DNA of 64,000 nt from Octopus vulgaris (GCA_951406725.2 OX597817.1:48732001-48796000), one strand, 5' to 3'; shown: positions 1 to 14,992, counted from the stretch's first letter. The notes: generated by a model from the sequence alone, not told the origin. Program-made: numbers and translations.

Positions 1-151
1 AGTGAGGGTTGGGGGGACAGTGCGCATTGATGCCGTTGAGAAGTAGGCCTGAAAACGGCGCGCATTCTCTCCTGATGACCCCATACACTTGCTGGCATCC
101 GGTATGCGGAGTTCTCGAGTGGTAGCACTTGCATGTGCAAATTGTTTGCAA

Positions 152-188
<37 letters not shown>

Positions 189-488
189 GATAAACGTCGC
201 CCTTTTCAAGCCTAGCCAGGTTCATGGGCCCGGTTTCCCGGTTTCTGTGGCGTATGTGTTCTCCCCAGCTGGACGGGACGCCAGTTCATCGCAGCGTTAC
301 TAAAAAAAACAGGAAGAGAGAGTGAGAGAAAGTTATGGAGAAAGAGTACAGCAGGTGTCGCCACCATCCCTACCGGAGCCTCGTAGAGCTTTTAGGTGTT
401 TTCGCTCAATAAACACATACAAAGCTCGGTCTGGGAATCGAAACCGCGAGTCCACTGCCCTAACCACTGGGCCATTGCGCCTTCACAG

Positions 489-524
<36 letters not shown>

Positions 525-939
525 GATTGAGATTCAGTTGAATTAGGTACTTAAGTTGGAGCACTAAGTCAGTGCAGTAATATCCGTACAACTCAAAGTA
601 AGGTGAATAAAATCAAAATAAGCAACGGGATATCATGAGGTGATGCAGTACAACCGTTTCAAGCGGTTCCATTTAATTGAACAATTCAATCATTACATCA
701 GTATAAATGCAGAGCATAAATAAATATAATTTCTAATCAGTTGGACACATTAATATAATTTTACTCAAATTCACGCTGCTCCAGTCCCCCTTTCAATCAA
801 CAGAGAATACTGACCTGCTTGCCTAGCGTCATTCGTAGGTTGAAATGATGCAAAATGCATTTTGACCAGCGATGTGTAACAACATCTGATAATCTCGTCG
901 GTTACGTGATCACAATGTCACGTAATACTACAAATTTAC

Positions 940-1628
940 TTGTCAGTTCTTTAACCTAAAGCTGTTGAGAATGCCCCTTAGTGGCTAACGATACGTGCAA
1001 TTCTGATCACGAGCAGTAGTAATGAGGGAGCATCATAGCCATGTGCTGTGAGGGATTCTTTGGTGTTTGGACAATTCACTTCTGGAAACATGGGTGTTTC
1101 GTTCAACATCCTTAAACAAATCTTATTCTGTCACCTTTTGAGCGGGATGGGCTACTCGACCGGAAGAAAATTCTAACTGAGCCTCACCTGCAAGATCATG
1201 GGCTGTTTATATTGATATGACATCACCATGTCGCGCCCATATGGTTGTGATGCATGTGTCTGGTGTACCCTTATCAGACGTGTAGTCATGATCTGTATAC
1301 TGGGTTTCGTATATTTTACCCCGGTTTTACATTGATGGCATGCACTGCTCTCTCACTCAATAATAATAATAATCCTTTCTACTGGCGGCTCAAGTCTTGA
1401 AATTTGGTGGGAGGGGAATCGTCGGTTATATCGACGCCAGTGTTTCACTGGTACTTATTTAATCGACCCCGAAAGGATGAAAACCAAAGTCGACCTCGGT
1501 GAAATTTAAACTCAGAATGTAGCGGCAGACATAATACCGCTAAGCATTTCACCCCGGTATGCTAAAGATTCTGCCAGCTCGCCACCTTAATAATAATAAT
1601 AATGAAAATAATAATAATGATAATAATA

Positions 1629-1668
<40 letters not shown>

Positions 1669-2212
1669 TAATAATAATAATAGCTCTCATGGCTTCTGAT
1701 CTTAACTGATTGGAAGTGTTATCATGTACATTGTTTTGTCTTGGTATAAAAGATGGGCTACAGCAAATATTCTGCTCAATACCACAGATTTGCTTGTCAG
1801 TTGTTTGACCTTAACCAGTTGAGCATGTCCCTTAGTGGCTGACGATATGTGCATCTCTGATCACGAGCAGAAGTAGTGGGGGAGCATCATAGCCATGTGT
1901 TGAGAGGGATTCTTTGGGGTTTGAATAGTTCACCTCTGGAAACATGGGTGGTTCTTTCAACATCCTTAAACAACCCTTATTCAGGGACCGTTTGAGCGGG
2001 ATGGGCTACTCAACCTGAAGAAAATTCTAACTGGGCCCCACCTGCAAGGTCATGTGCTGTTTATCTTGATATGAGATCACCATGTCGCGCACATATGGTT
2101 GTGATGCATGTGCCTGGTGTACCTTTATCAGACGGGTAGTCATGATGGGTATATTGGGCTTCATATATTTTACCCCAGTGTCACTTTGATGGCATGCACT
2201 GCTCTCTCACTC

Positions 2213-2286
<74 letters not shown>

Positions 2287-2287
2287 C

Positions 2288-2321
<34 letters not shown>

Positions 2322-2378
2322 TTCATGATGATGAGGATGAGGATGATGGTGATGATGATGATAATGATGATGATAATG

Positions 2379-2431
<53 letters not shown>

Positions 2432-2470
2432 TCAGTGTCACTTTGATGGCATGAACTGCTCTCTCACTCA
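940..2470 (+). mobile_element. Tandem 3' ends of an RTE-like LINE with (AAT)n tails (copies at about 940-1360, 1682-2212, and a stub at 2432-2470)
   Basis: Two diverged copies of the same 400-500-bp sequence, each ending GGCATGCACTGCTCTCTCACTC(AAT)n. Clade assignment is inference. Confidence 0.6.
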
Positions 2471-2481
2471 ATAATAATAAT

Positions 2482-2571
<90 letters not shown>

Positions 2572-2580
2572 CTTATAATA
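2213..2580. repeat. (AAT)n/(GAT)n microsatellite
   Basis: Direct reading. Confidence 0.95.
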
Positions 2581-3389
2581 TGCTGATGCAGATCATTGAA
2601 CATTTTGGCAAAATATAATATTTCGCTTTGAAAAGATGGGGTTGGGTGTTATGATTCAGATGTACTTTCCAAATACATTTATCTTTCGCTAATTAAATAT
2701 GTGTCCATCTACATGAGAAGTCATATCATTGCAAGTGGGTGTTAATACAAAATATATTTTATCGTCCCTAAAGAATAGTCAGCGCCCCCCCCCACTCAAA
2801 AAAATCCCAGATAATTAAGAAGGAGTTTACAAAAATGACAGGAATATAGTCAAATGTAAATAGTACTTCCGGTTCTACAAAGCACACCTATATATAATAA
2901 AGTAGCTATAACGTTCTATTTTGTTTCCTTAAGTACAAATTACTTAAAAGAAAATCAATATTGACCATGATTCAAATCTATTACCCAAGATCCTGTATCT
3001 TCAATCTGAGTAATGTATAACGTTGGGTAATACAATAGTGAAATTATATTTCCTTAGCATATATTATATTTGTTCTGGCGGTTTTGAGTTGCCAACGTTA
3101 CTTCTTCGCATTTTGTTTCCTATTAATTTATCGTAGATTCATACTGCGTTCGGATTCTTCCATTAGTTTTTTTTTTGTTTTTTTTTTCATTTTTTTCCTC
3201 TTGAGAATTCAATGCGTGCTATTAAATTCTTACATTCATTAATCAAACAAACATACGTCGATGGTGAATTAACGAAAAGAAAAAAAAACATACTATCAAC
3301 GGCTCATTTTGGTAATATTTATATACAAATACTGACACAAAATAAGAATAATGCAAATATTCATGCATCATAACAGTTATAATCGTTTC

Positions 3390-3900
3390 CACAAATGGCA
3401 CAAGGCCTGAAATTGACTGATTTTTAATTTATCGACTTCTGCGGAATTTGAACTCAAAACGTAAAGACGGACGAAATGCCGTTAAGCACTTTCTTCGGCG
3501 TGCTAACTATTCTCCTTTAAGTACAAGACCCTAAATTTTGGAGAGGGAGGGCCAGTCGATTAGACCCACCCCAGTATGCAACTGGTACTTAATTTATCGG
3601 CCTCGAAAGGATGAAAAGCAAAGTCGACCTCGGCGGAATTTGAGCTCAGAACATAAAGACTGACGAAATACCTATTTCTTTACTGAAGGGGCTAAACACA
3701 GATAGAACAAACAAGGACAGACAAACGGATTAAGCCGATTATATCGACCCCAGTGCGTATCTGGTACTTATTTAATCGACCCCGAAAAGATGAAAGGCAA
3801 AATCGAACTTGACGGAATTTGAACTCAGAACGTAACGGTAGACGAAATACAGCTACATATTTCGCCCGGTGTGCTAACGTTTCTGCCAGCCCACTGCTTC
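3390..3900 (-). mobile_element. SINE family B, tandemly iterated (other minus copies at about 1375-1590, 6075-6290 and 41190-41333)
   Basis: Core CGACCCCGAAAGGATGAAAGGCAAAGTCGACCTCGGCGGAATTTGAACTCAGAACG. Confidence 0.78.
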
Positions 3901-4923
3901 TTTAGTATCAGTAATAATAACAAATATATCTAATGAAATTGTTCGCTAAACGTTCAATCACTAAGTAATAATTTATTTATTAGGGTTCATAGTTCTTTTC
4001 AGTCACAATATATTACAAGTTCAGAATTCTATAGAGATTGAAGAAATAAAAGTTCGTTTCAATTTTTATGTATTTGAACTGTGGGTTAATATTACGCAGC
4101 AGAAAATATCTTGTTCAACGTTATAGATTACATATATAACAAAGCATTATGAGAACTGAGTTACCCTCGAGAGCAATCACTAGAAAAATAAAAGGCATAC
4201 CACTTTAAAATGTATTCTCTCCAGTTCCACCGTGCGCGGTACACACAATATGGAGAATATACGATCAGCTTGCCCAAACGACTGTAACATCAGATTAAGA
4301 ATTTATCCAGGGTTGAGGTTACGTGCCATACGCCCCAAACACAATTCAGGCTTACAACACATAAATTCACTGCAAACACAAATTATTTTCCTCGACAGAC
4401 CCGGCTTTATTTAATGTAGTTCCAAAACAATTCAAAGAAAAAGATCCCAACCCTTTCAAACGAAATTTTTTCAAGGGATATCAGACAAGCTACCTATACG
4501 TGGATACATCTCACTCAACAACTCCCTATTTGGATGGACTATGATACCACAAAACTTGACTTTAAAAGGATTTTTAAGATCCTAGCCCCCGAGTCACATT
4601 CCTAGCACCTCCTCCCAACTCACCACCACAAACATAGACCACTTTCTGCAGCAAATTCATAACAACTGCATTCCACAAATAAAATTTAACCTAATTAACC
4701 AATTATATTGTTGTTTTTACATCCATCGTCCCCTTTTGGCCACCCCATTATCGCCCCACTTTTCTTCAATCCCCGCCCCTGGATCTTTCCACCGCCCCCA
4801 AAGGGGCAGTGTCGTCCACTTTGGGAACCAGTGATCTATATTAAGAAAGTGAAGCAATACACGAAGATTTTAAACACAAACCCGTTGTCAATAAACGCAT
4901 CAGAAAAAAAAATTCAAATAACT

Positions 4924-5317
4924 GAGTGGCTGTGTGGTAAGTAGCTTGCTTACCAACCATATGATTCCGGGTTCAGTCCCATTGCGTGGCTCTTTGGGCA
5001 AGTGTCTTCTACTATAGCCTCGGGCCAACCAAAGCCTTGTGAATGGATTTGGTGGACGGAAACTGAAAGAAGCCCATAGTATATATGTATATATGTATGT
5101 GTGTGTATACGTTTGTTTCTGTGTTTGTCCCCACAACATCGCTTGACAACCAATGCTGGTGTGTTTACGTCCCCGTAACTTAGCGGTTCGTCAAAAGAGA
5201 CCGATAGAATAGCTACTAGGCTTACAAAGAATAAGTTCTGGAGTCGTTTTGCTCGACTAAAAGGCGGTGCTCCAGCATGACCACAGTCAAATGACTGAAA
5301 TAAATAAAAGAGAGTAG
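4924..5317 (+). mobile_element. tRNA-derived SINE family A
   Basis: Head GAGTGGCTGTGTGGTAAG...CCGGGTTCAGTCCC with A/B-box-like motifs; tail CAGTCAAATGACTGAAA. Several copies in the window. Confidence 0.8.
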
Positions 5318-8300
5318 AATCAAAACCTCAAAGATCTTTCGAACGCCCGAGAGTATCTAAAATAGATTAGCAAACTTGGTTAATATAAATTTAATTGCAA
5401 ATATAATATTAAAAGGAAATTGCTGACAACTCTACCACAATGGAACATAGAAACTATTCCAAAAGTCTATCCATCCATCTTTTCTGCCCACTGTTCTTGG
5501 GAGGACTACGGGTGTAAAATCCTCAGGCACATTCTCGATAGGGCCCTATGGGAAGCAGTCGTCATTACACCTTCCATTTGGATTCCCAAGCGTGACCTGC
5601 TGAAACTGTGGATATTATCCAGCCATTTCGTTCTTGGTGCAACCCTAGGTCTCCTGCCGCTTGGCTCGGTTTGACGAATCCGTCATGCGATTCTTTCCTG
5701 TGACGTTTCAGTCATATGTCCGTTGTACCGGAGTAAACACACGACCTCTCAATGCAGAGAAATACTCTTCCAAAGAAAAATGCTTTCTGCAATCCACAAT
5801 AGGGCAATTGGAAATAGAGAGGAGATAACGTCTCCATTGAAACAGTAAATCAATTGAATTACTCATTTGCACTCGTAATATCAAACAGAAAAATAAAGAG
5901 ACAATTATCATAGATGGTGAATGTCCTCCGTGGTAATAACAACGACACTGGAAAACTGCTGAGAAGCAGTTACTAAAAGAAGAAAAGAAAATATTATATC
6001 AATTCTGAATGAAATAAGCAAGGACAAAAATATTAATCAATACATAATGAAATAGCCAAAGAAAACCAGAATATTCCTTTCTACTCTAGGCACAAGGGCC
6101 GAAATTTTTGGGGAGGGGGCCAGTCGATTAGATCGACCCAAGTACGCAACTAGTACTTAATTTATCGACCCCGAAAGGGTGAAAGGCAAAGTCGACCTCG
6201 GTGGAATTTGAACTCGGAACGTAAAGACGGACGAAATACCCATTTCTTTACTACCTACAAGGGGTTAAACACAGAGAGGATAAACAAAGTTTAAGTAATG
6301 TAATAAATAGCTAAACTTTCTTTAATTTCTCTTTGGCTCATGAAACATACATGTCTTTAATTTCTCTTTACGTGGAGCATATTTTCCACATAAATGCCAC
6401 ATAAATGTTCGAAAGAGCGACCTATCTTCTCTAAAGTGTTAAGAATTTGTTTTATCAAACCTAGTTTCTGGTTTTGCTACGGAGATATTCATGATGTGTT
6501 TTCTCAGCAGTCATCTCTTTTAGTTCGGTAGTTCCATAAATATACACACTTTGCTATAAAAGGAAGTTTAATGAAACTGATTTGCTGACCAAGGAGAATC
6601 TAATTGTCATATTTCCACATGTCATACAATCATTAAAAGTATTTCGGCTTTATCAATACCTCTTTCATGTTCTCATAACTTTTTTATTCGCCGAGTCGCT
6701 TCTCGCTACAGAAACCAACACATTTCCAAGTCATCAAACAAAACTCTCATTAGAGGAGTCTATGTACATTACGACCTTCCTCAGCTAATAATTATCACAT
6801 GATACTTTCTCTGTCTTAAGAATCTATATGAGATAATTTATCTAATTGGGAAGTTAATTTAGAAAACATTTCCTGGCAGTGTACTGTACTCTGAGCTTTA
6901 AGATAGCATAGATATCTGCCTTTATTATTAGCTTATTACCCTGTAGTCTTCTTCGATGATTCTTTCCCAGTAATATAACAATTAGTGATTGTGGCGTATA
7001 GGCTTTGTAAGAAATTAACTCGACTCTCGTCTTAAAAGTGTCATGTAGAAACTACTTCAATTTTAAATGGAATGATTTAAAGCAATTAACTATTATCAGT
7101 AATTTCCTGAAAGGCAAAGAAAAAATTGAGGTATAATTTCGGTTTTCCGGTCTCTGGTGTTTAACGATTAATCCTGACGTTTTAGACAAATTCTGATGTC
7201 ATATTCACAATCAGTACCCAGGTCTTATCCAGAAACCACCTACATATATGATGTAAAAAGACAAAATCGTTGCCGAACAGTGTAATCTTTCAGCAATGTA
7301 TGTTCCTTCAATCAGAAATTGCTTTTCAGTCTAAATATATTGATGACCCCCCTCAAAAAAAAAAAATAAAACAGAAAGCTAATCATAGAACATTCTTTCT
7401 TCTAATAATATTACAAACAACAAATGAAAGGAGTTTCAAGTTCAGTTTCTTTTCCAGATACACTATTTGTATTAAGACCGTATAGCAATAGTGACATTGT
7501 CAAATCTATTCATTGATATTTTCAAGGTAGTACTCTATAAACTTTATTCCATAAGCATAGAACATTTATATTTCTCTCAACACATCATTGAAAATAAAGA
7601 CTAGATTTGTTCAGCAAAAACTCCCTCGAGATTTCTCGTCAAATGTTTAAATGTATACCGAATACATTCACAACAATATTAGAATGTTTAATGGGTTTGA
7701 AAATGCGATAGATGATAATTGGAAACTAAGAAAAACGGGGAGAAGGAGAATGACAGAAGGAAAGAAAGAAAGAAGAGAGGAAGAAAGAATGAGAGACAGA
7801 GAGAGAAAGAGAAAGGGAGAAAGAATTGCTGGAAACAGAATGAGGATTGATATTCTAAACACAAAATGTTCTGCTAATGAATATTCACCGATTCTTTGTA
7901 AGATAACAAATAATTACCTTGATTTTTCTCTTTCTTCTTTTCATTAGATTAATTGGAAGAAAAAAATACTGGGATTGCCTTGTATATATATGTGGCAGAG
8001 AGTGTGAAAGAGGAAATATATCTGGCTAGGTGGGCGGAGGCAGGCATGGTTGTGTGGTTAAGAAGACCGCTCCACAACCACGCATGGTTCGAGGTTCCAT
8101 CTTACTGTGTGGCACATTGGCCAAGTGTTTTCTTCCTCGGGGATGACATACGTCTCGATATAGGAGGTTGAATAATGGAAACTGTACTGAACTCCACCAC
8201 ACGCAATTTTTGTGTGTAAGCACGTATATAGGTATACAAACACATATATATTTATATATAAACGAAAGGGAGTAGTACTCAATACATTTAGTGTAAGTTA

Positions 8301-8385
8301 AATGGACCTTTAAATTACAGAGAACCCAGCTACAGGACTTAAAGTTTCATAGGTGAGAAGGACACGTCCATCTCATCAGTTGCCT

Positions 8386-8444
<59 letters not shown>

Positions 8445-8447
<3 letters not shown>

Positions 8448-8768
8448 TGGACGACTGGCCTCGTCGCCAGCTTGCTCGATGGCAAGTGGGCCTCTGCGCC
8501 ATTAGAATCCATATATGGGGACCCATGTTAGTATCTAAGGGGCCCATCCCACTAAAGTTTTAGAAATTTTTATTCACTCCTGGAAGAATGCATTAATTAT
8601 TTCAGTCTGGCTGTGTTTGTAGACAGCTGAAAAGAATACTTTTAACAGCAAAATAAATAAATAAATAAATAAATGATAGCATTGTAGTAGCGGGTGAGCC
8701 TCCTTGTAGTTGTGAGTGGGCCCCGTTAGTCTCCTGGCAACCAATACTTTAAAACCCAGTCCGCCAAT
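8445..8768. mobile_element. Short hAT-like non-autonomous DNA transposon in (TA)n
   Basis: Imperfect termini CAGTGGACGACTGG ... CCAGTCCGCCAAT. Confidence 0.5.
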
Positions 8769-8825
8769 ATATATATATATATATAACAAGATGAACCATT
8801 CGTCTGTTTTAATTATATATCATAT

Positions 8826-8900
<75 letters not shown>

Positions 8901-8924
8901 TCATATACGTAAAATTCAAAATAA

Positions 8925-11640
8925 ATAAAGTAAAGAAGAATGGGAAATCATCAATAATCTCAGGGACGATGAAAACATAATTATAAAAGAAGCTGACAAA
9001 GGGAGCTCTGTAGTTATCATGGACTCAGAAAAATACATAAACATTACCCTAACCCTCCTTCAAGACAATACCTACTATGAAAAAATCAACAACTACAGTC
9101 AATCCAAGATAATGACCAAACTGTCTACCTTTATCCAACAATTCCAACAAGGTTTAACACAAGAGGAGACAGACTACTTGACTAGATTTGACTGCAAAAC
9201 CAGTGACCTCTATCGACTTCCCAAAATCCACAAAAGTGAGACCATAAACGAAGCCTGTAAGAAGTCAACCTCTATAGTCATAAATATTCCACACCCGAGA
9301 GATCTCAAAATGAGACCAATTGTGGCCGGTCCCTCTTGTGAGACACACAGACTCAGTAATTTTATTGACGTCCCCCTCAAACCTATTCTCCAACATATAC
9401 CGAGCTTTATACGGGATGATCTGGACTTTTTAAACCATCTCCTGAACAAAACCAGCGAAGACTCCCTCCTGGTTTCATTTGATGTAATAAACCTCTACAC
9501 CTCGATTCCTCACGAATACGGAATAATAGCCATACAATACTGGCTGGAAAAATCCCAAATGACATTCTTGACAGAATCAGAAAAGAATTCATCGTTGAAG
9601 GAATAAGGTTCATTCTACAAGAACAACTTCTTCAATTTCAAAGAAAACACCTATAGACAAAAATCAGGCTCGGCGATGGGAACGAGGGTAGCGCCTACTT
9701 TTGCCAACCTGTTCATGGCATACTTGGAAGTCCAAATATACGAACACGCTAGATTAAAATTTGGGGAAAACTTCCAAAAATACTTACTTACCAACTGGAA
9801 ATGCTACCTGGATGACTGTTTCATCCTTTGGCCACAACATTGAACAACTCACAGAATTTAAAAACTTAATCAACAGCATTAACCACAGTATCCAATTCAC
9901 TATGGAATATAACCACCAACAACTACCCTTCCTGGACATCTTATTAATAAAGTGAGATACTGAGATTGAAACCAACATCTTCAAACCAACAGACTCAAAA
10001 CAATATCTCCTATTCTCCTCTTGCCACCCAAAACATACTAAAATAAATATACCTTTCAACTTAGCAAAATAATTTGCATGATTGCATCAAATCCCGAAAC
10101 CCGAGAAAAGCGACTCCAAGAACTTAAAACCTCATTACTAGATACAAAATACCAGGTTAGTCAAATCAAAAATGGAACAGAACGCGCAAAAATGATAGAC
10201 ATCCAAGAGTTACGGAAAACAAGAAAATACCATGACACACTTAAAACTCTATCTTACGTATCAACATAAAGACCAAGAAGCCAGGAAGCATTCAACATTA
10301 TCCACTAAAACATACCCATCCTTTTTGAAGGACCCACGAATGAAAAAGGCACTAGATACACATAGGATTGTTAAAAGCAAGAGACAACCACAATTACCCA
10401 CCAAAAATACAACTCCACAAGTCAAAAAATGCAACCGCCCTAACTGCGGAATTTGCACCTTTCTCTTCGAGGGCTCAACATACAAATTTAAGTCAGGCCT
10501 ATATTTTACCATAAAACATGACTTCACCTGTGCTTCGAAGAACTTAATCTATATTCTTAAATGTGGAAGTTGTGGTGGAGACTACATTGGTCAAACAAGC
10601 TTAACTTTGAGGGATGGACTTACGGTGCACAGACAACAAATCCGGGGCCCCATCACGAGGAAAATTCCTATAAGCAAGCTCCTAGACCAATGCCCTGTAG
10701 ACATAAACCTTAAATACCAAATCTTCCCTCTCTGTCAATGCACTGGAAGCATTTCAACCCAATTCTGTTTTAATAAGGAAAACATACTGATTAAAAACTA
10801 TAAACCACAGCTAAATATCCTTTACAAAGAAGAAAAAACAGTATAAAGAAGAGAAAAAACACCCAATTTCAACAAAAAAAAACAATAAAATTTTAGTAAC
10901 AATCTTCCACCCGGGTTTCGAAACCGCAGTTCCAGATCACCACACAAACACCCACCTCCAGTCTAATGAAATTCCACAAACACCAGTTGCTGACGTCACA
11001 TAATTCCAAACCAATCAAAACCGAACTTCAGTGAATACAACGTAAAGACCCTTTAAGAGAACTAACTAGCCGGAACAAACTATAACCATATCCGCAAGGA
11101 AACCAACCAAGCAGAACGATAAGGTTGACCACGGAAGGAAAACGTCATCAATTTTTTAACGAATCAAAATCAGAACCGCTGACAGAAAAAAAATTATGAA
11201 TACATCTTTCCGTAAACATACCATTACAAGTGAAAGCGACCGTTTAAAGAAGATCTGTGAAACCGTTAACCAAGTTCCTTTTTTTTTTTACTATTTTAAT
11301 TCTCACACTTGTTTTTTGTTTTTTTTCAGTATGACTTGTCGACCACTACTGAAATTAATGAACCTTGTACATTCTAACAAATTTCAAACTTATACCTTCT
11401 GTTTTGAACATGATAATTTATCAACATTGAAACATTTTGATTTGTCAACATTGAAACTTATAACGATGTTTTTCTAATTTTACACTTTACCATTGATAAA
11501 CAAAAAATATTGTTGAAACTGGTTTGGTATATATGTAATTAAATGTATTTTAAACATTTACAAGGTTTTGAAATTTAAGTGCATTTTAAACATCACATTT
11601 TCCTATATTTTTTTCCTGCGTGGAAACACCACTCCCTCTT
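8925..11640 (+). mobile_element. Penelope-like retroelement (RT + GIY-YIG endonuclease), 5'-truncated and frameshifted, with 3' UTR/pLTR
   Basis: PLE RT motifs IIIKEADKG, LPKIHK, RPIV, SFDVINLYTSIP, GSAMG..APTFANLFM and YLDD (about 9805), and LPFLDI. The C-terminal CNRPNCGIC...NLIYILKCGSCGGDYIGQT...VHRQQI is a GIY-YIG domain (ORF 10232-10846). Flanked by (TA)/(CA) microsatellites. Confidence 0.92.
11488..11529 (+). ncRNA. Minimal hammerhead motif with U3:A8 core in the Penelope 3' region
   Basis: UACCA-UUGAUAA-ACAA(AAAAUA)UUGU-U-GAAAC-UG-GUU-UGGUA. Confidence 0.6.
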
Positions 11641-11658
11641 TTGTAATATATATATACG

Positions 11659-11722
<64 letters not shown>

Positions 11723-11782
11723 TATGTATGTATATATGTGTATATATGTATATATATGTATATATATATATATATATACATA

Positions 11783-12170
11783 CCGTGATGTATATTTGAC
11801 ACTTAAATATGGCTAACCCTTAAGAGTGGATGCTACTGTAGCTTGTAGCCCCAGGAGGACACCTCCTCTAGCTGGCTATTGACACACTTTTTGTGCCCTA
11901 TCAGTATTTGCAAAGGGAAGCCATCCTTTTCATCTTCAACCTGACATGATACACACGGACACAAGTTTCTGGGTATTGACCCGTCGAGTCAGTATGTATC
12001 ATGTCAGGTTGAAGGGAAGGATGGGTTCCCTTTGCAAATACTGATAGGGCACAGAAAGTGTGTCAATAGCCAGTTAGAGGAGGTGTCCTCCTGGGGCTAT
12101 AAGCTATAGTAGCATCCACCCTTCAGGGTTAGCCACATTTAAGTGTCGAAAATATACTTCACCATGTCGT
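11783..12170. repeat. Inverted repeat with arms of about 165 bp and a spacer of about 40 bp; putative PLE pLTR-derived
   Basis: 11798-11953 is the reverse complement of 11996-12147. The spacer and right arm resemble 16693-16890, which carries a hammerhead motif. Confidence 0.8.
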
Positions 12171-12253
12171 GCAGCTACTGTTTATACGTCGCTCAGAGAT
12201 TTATTATATATATATATATGTGTGTGTGTGTGTATAATATATATATGTATGTA

Positions 12254-12825
12254 GGGCGGCGAGCTGGCAGAATCTTTAGCACGCCTGGCGAAATGCTTAG
12301 CGGTATTTCGTCTGCGGTTACGTTGTGAGTTCAAATTCCGCCGAGGTCGACTTTGCCTTTCATCCTTTCGGGGTCGATAAATTAAGTTCCATTCACGCAC
12401 TGGGGTTGATGTAATCGACTTAATACCTATGTCTGTCCTTGTTTGTCCCCTCTATGTTTATCCCCTTGTAGGTAATAAAGAAATAGGTATTTCGGCTGCG
12501 GTTACGTTCTGAGTTCAAATTCCGCCGAGGTCGACTTTGCCTTTCATCCTTTCGGGGTCGATTAAATAAGTACCAGTTACGCACTGGGGTCGATATAATC
12601 AACTTAATCCGTTTGTCTGTCCTTGTTTGTCCTCTCTGTTTTTAGTCCCTTGCGGGTAGTAAAGAAATAGGTATTTCGTTTAGCATTACGTTCTGAGCTC
12701 AAATTCCGCCGAGGTCGACTTTACCTTTCATCCCTTCGGGGTCGATTAAATAAGTACCAGTTACGCACTGGGGTCTTTTCTATTCTTGTTTGTCCCCTCT
12801 ATGTTTAGCCTCCTGTCGTCAAAAA
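12254..12825 (+). mobile_element. SINE family B with three tandem internal units
   Basis: GGCGGCGAGCTGGCAGAA head and repeated GAGTTCAAATTCCGCCGAGGTCGAC at a period of about 180 bp. Confidence 0.8.
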
Positions 12826-12970
12826 AGAAATAAATGTATGTGTATGTATATTTTTGTGTTTGTGTATGCAGTGTGTATATGTATGTCTGTGGAAATGTAT
12901 TTTATATATATATCTTTCTGTGTGTGGGGGGGTCTGCGTGCGTTCACGTTTTGAGTGCGTGCGTCTCTCG

Positions 12971-13039
<69 letters not shown>

Positions 13040-13529
13040 TATGTTGTAGCAAACAGGAAAAGCAGAACTCAAAATATGAGTACATGTATATTTTTACTAA
13101 TATTTAGCAGAAGCAACAGAATGACTCAGGGCCCGAGAGTTTCGAGTGTTGGCACTTTTCCTTCTTTTATTCTCTTACTTGTTTCAGTCATTTGACAGCG
13201 GCCATGTTGGAGCACCGCCTTTAGTCGAGCAAATCGAACCCAGGACTTATTCTATCGGTCTCTTTTGCTGAGACGAAACAGGAAGACGAAGATTATGTCA
13301 TGAACTCTATAAGCTTACAGCTGTTTCTGCTATAGATGTTGTGGACTCGTATTTGAGAGCCTCAATAACATCCTAGAGCTTTATCGAGCCTCGAATTTGA
13401 AGTGCAATTTATTTTGGAAAACAAGGACGATATTTGTGCAAAGTATAGCGAAGGCAGTACTGATGTATATAGAAAATGTTTATTTCCAAAAAGCAATCAA
13501 CTTTATTAACAGAATATATATATGATAGG

Positions 13530-13727
13530 AGTGGTTGTGTGCTTACGCGCAGAAGTGATTTAGTAGTAAGTAGCTTGCTTACCAACTACATGGTTCCGGG
13601 TTCAGTCCCACTACGTGGAATCTTGGGCAAGTGTCTTCTACTATATCCTCGGGCCGACCAAAGCCTTGTGAGTGAATTTGGTAGACGGAAACTGATAGAA
13701 GCCTGTCGTGTACATATATATATACAC

Positions 13728-13784
<57 letters not shown>

Positions 13785-14020
13785 TGTGTGTGCGTGTGTG
13801 TGTTTGTGAGTTTGTGTTTGTCCCCCCAACATCGCTTGACAACCGATGCTGGTGTGTTTACGTCCCCGTAACTTAGCGGTTTGGCAAAAGTCACCGATAG
13901 AATAAGTACTAGGCTTCCAAAGAATAAATGCTGGGGTCGATTTGCTCGACTAAAGGCGGTGCTCCAGCATGGCCGCAGTCAAATGCCTGAAACAAGTAAA
14001 AGAGTAGAGAGTAAAGAGAA
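13530..14020 (+). mobile_element. SINE family A
   Basis: Homologous to 4924-5317, with an internal (TA)n/(TG)n tract. A partial inverted copy lies at about 13165-13270. Confidence 0.8.
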
Positions 14021-14927
14021 CAGATTCCACTTAATTATTTATATAATAAAAATAAAATAAGAGTTTTTCGCTAGCATATTAAAAAACGTTGTGAGCAATC
14101 AGGTGTATAAAAAGAGCATAACAGACCCCAAATAAATAATATTTTGTTACAATTTTGGAACCAGCGACAGAAAATGTATCAATTTTATATTTTGTTCGAA
14201 TTTCTAATTTCTTATGTTTTCTGAAGACACCTATTAAACATGATAACAGATAAAAACTTTTTAAATTATATAATCACCTGTTTACTTGATATTAATCTGA
14301 CTTAGATTTCTAAGTATTTATCAAAATATTGTTTGAAGTGTGTTTGTTAGGGCTTCTCTAAATTATTACCATTCTGTTGTTTCTTTCAGCTTATCGATTC
14401 GGAATTCATAGAAAAACGAATACATCTATTTATTACCCTGTCAGATGTTTTTCTATAGAGAATAGGCGAAATACCTTCTAACATTTCATTTCCTTTACGT
14501 TTGATTCTCTATATGTATATTACCAAGCAAAAATAGAACACTGTTCTTTTCTATGTTTTCTAAACGTTACACACAAAGAAAGGAATTATTACTTAAAAGA
14601 TGTAGCTGCTAATAAAAAGAAGCCTGGCAAAGATACTCATTATTGAGGCCACCACAATTATAGATTTGTCGTGAATGAACTAATCATAACTGCAACGCTT
14701 TCAACATATAAGATCACTTGGAACTGAAGACAAGGTATGAGTGAGATAGCAAAGATGATAGATTTGTCGATCAAAATCATGTTGCGTATATATTTCATTA
14801 TAAATTTTCCTAAATCCATCAAAGTAAAACCAGTTACAAAAGCTTGACGTACAAACTTGAAACTATTGCTCAATTCTTGCGTTCTTTTCTTAAAATTCGC
14901 TTTTAACTGACATGAATGAATGTGTGT

Positions 14928-14992
<65 letters not shown>

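Noticed and set aside
60-120. CTGATGA near the window start
   Set aside because: No properly placed GAAA or closing stems.
8332-8386. CUGAUGA...GAAAC hammerhead-like motif on the minus strand
   Set aside because: Stems I and II are out of register. Counted only as a degraded relic.
13312-13389. Hammerhead-like motif ending GAAAC-AGCU-GUA on the minus strand
   Set aside because: The core is one base short or stem I is mismatched. Relic only.
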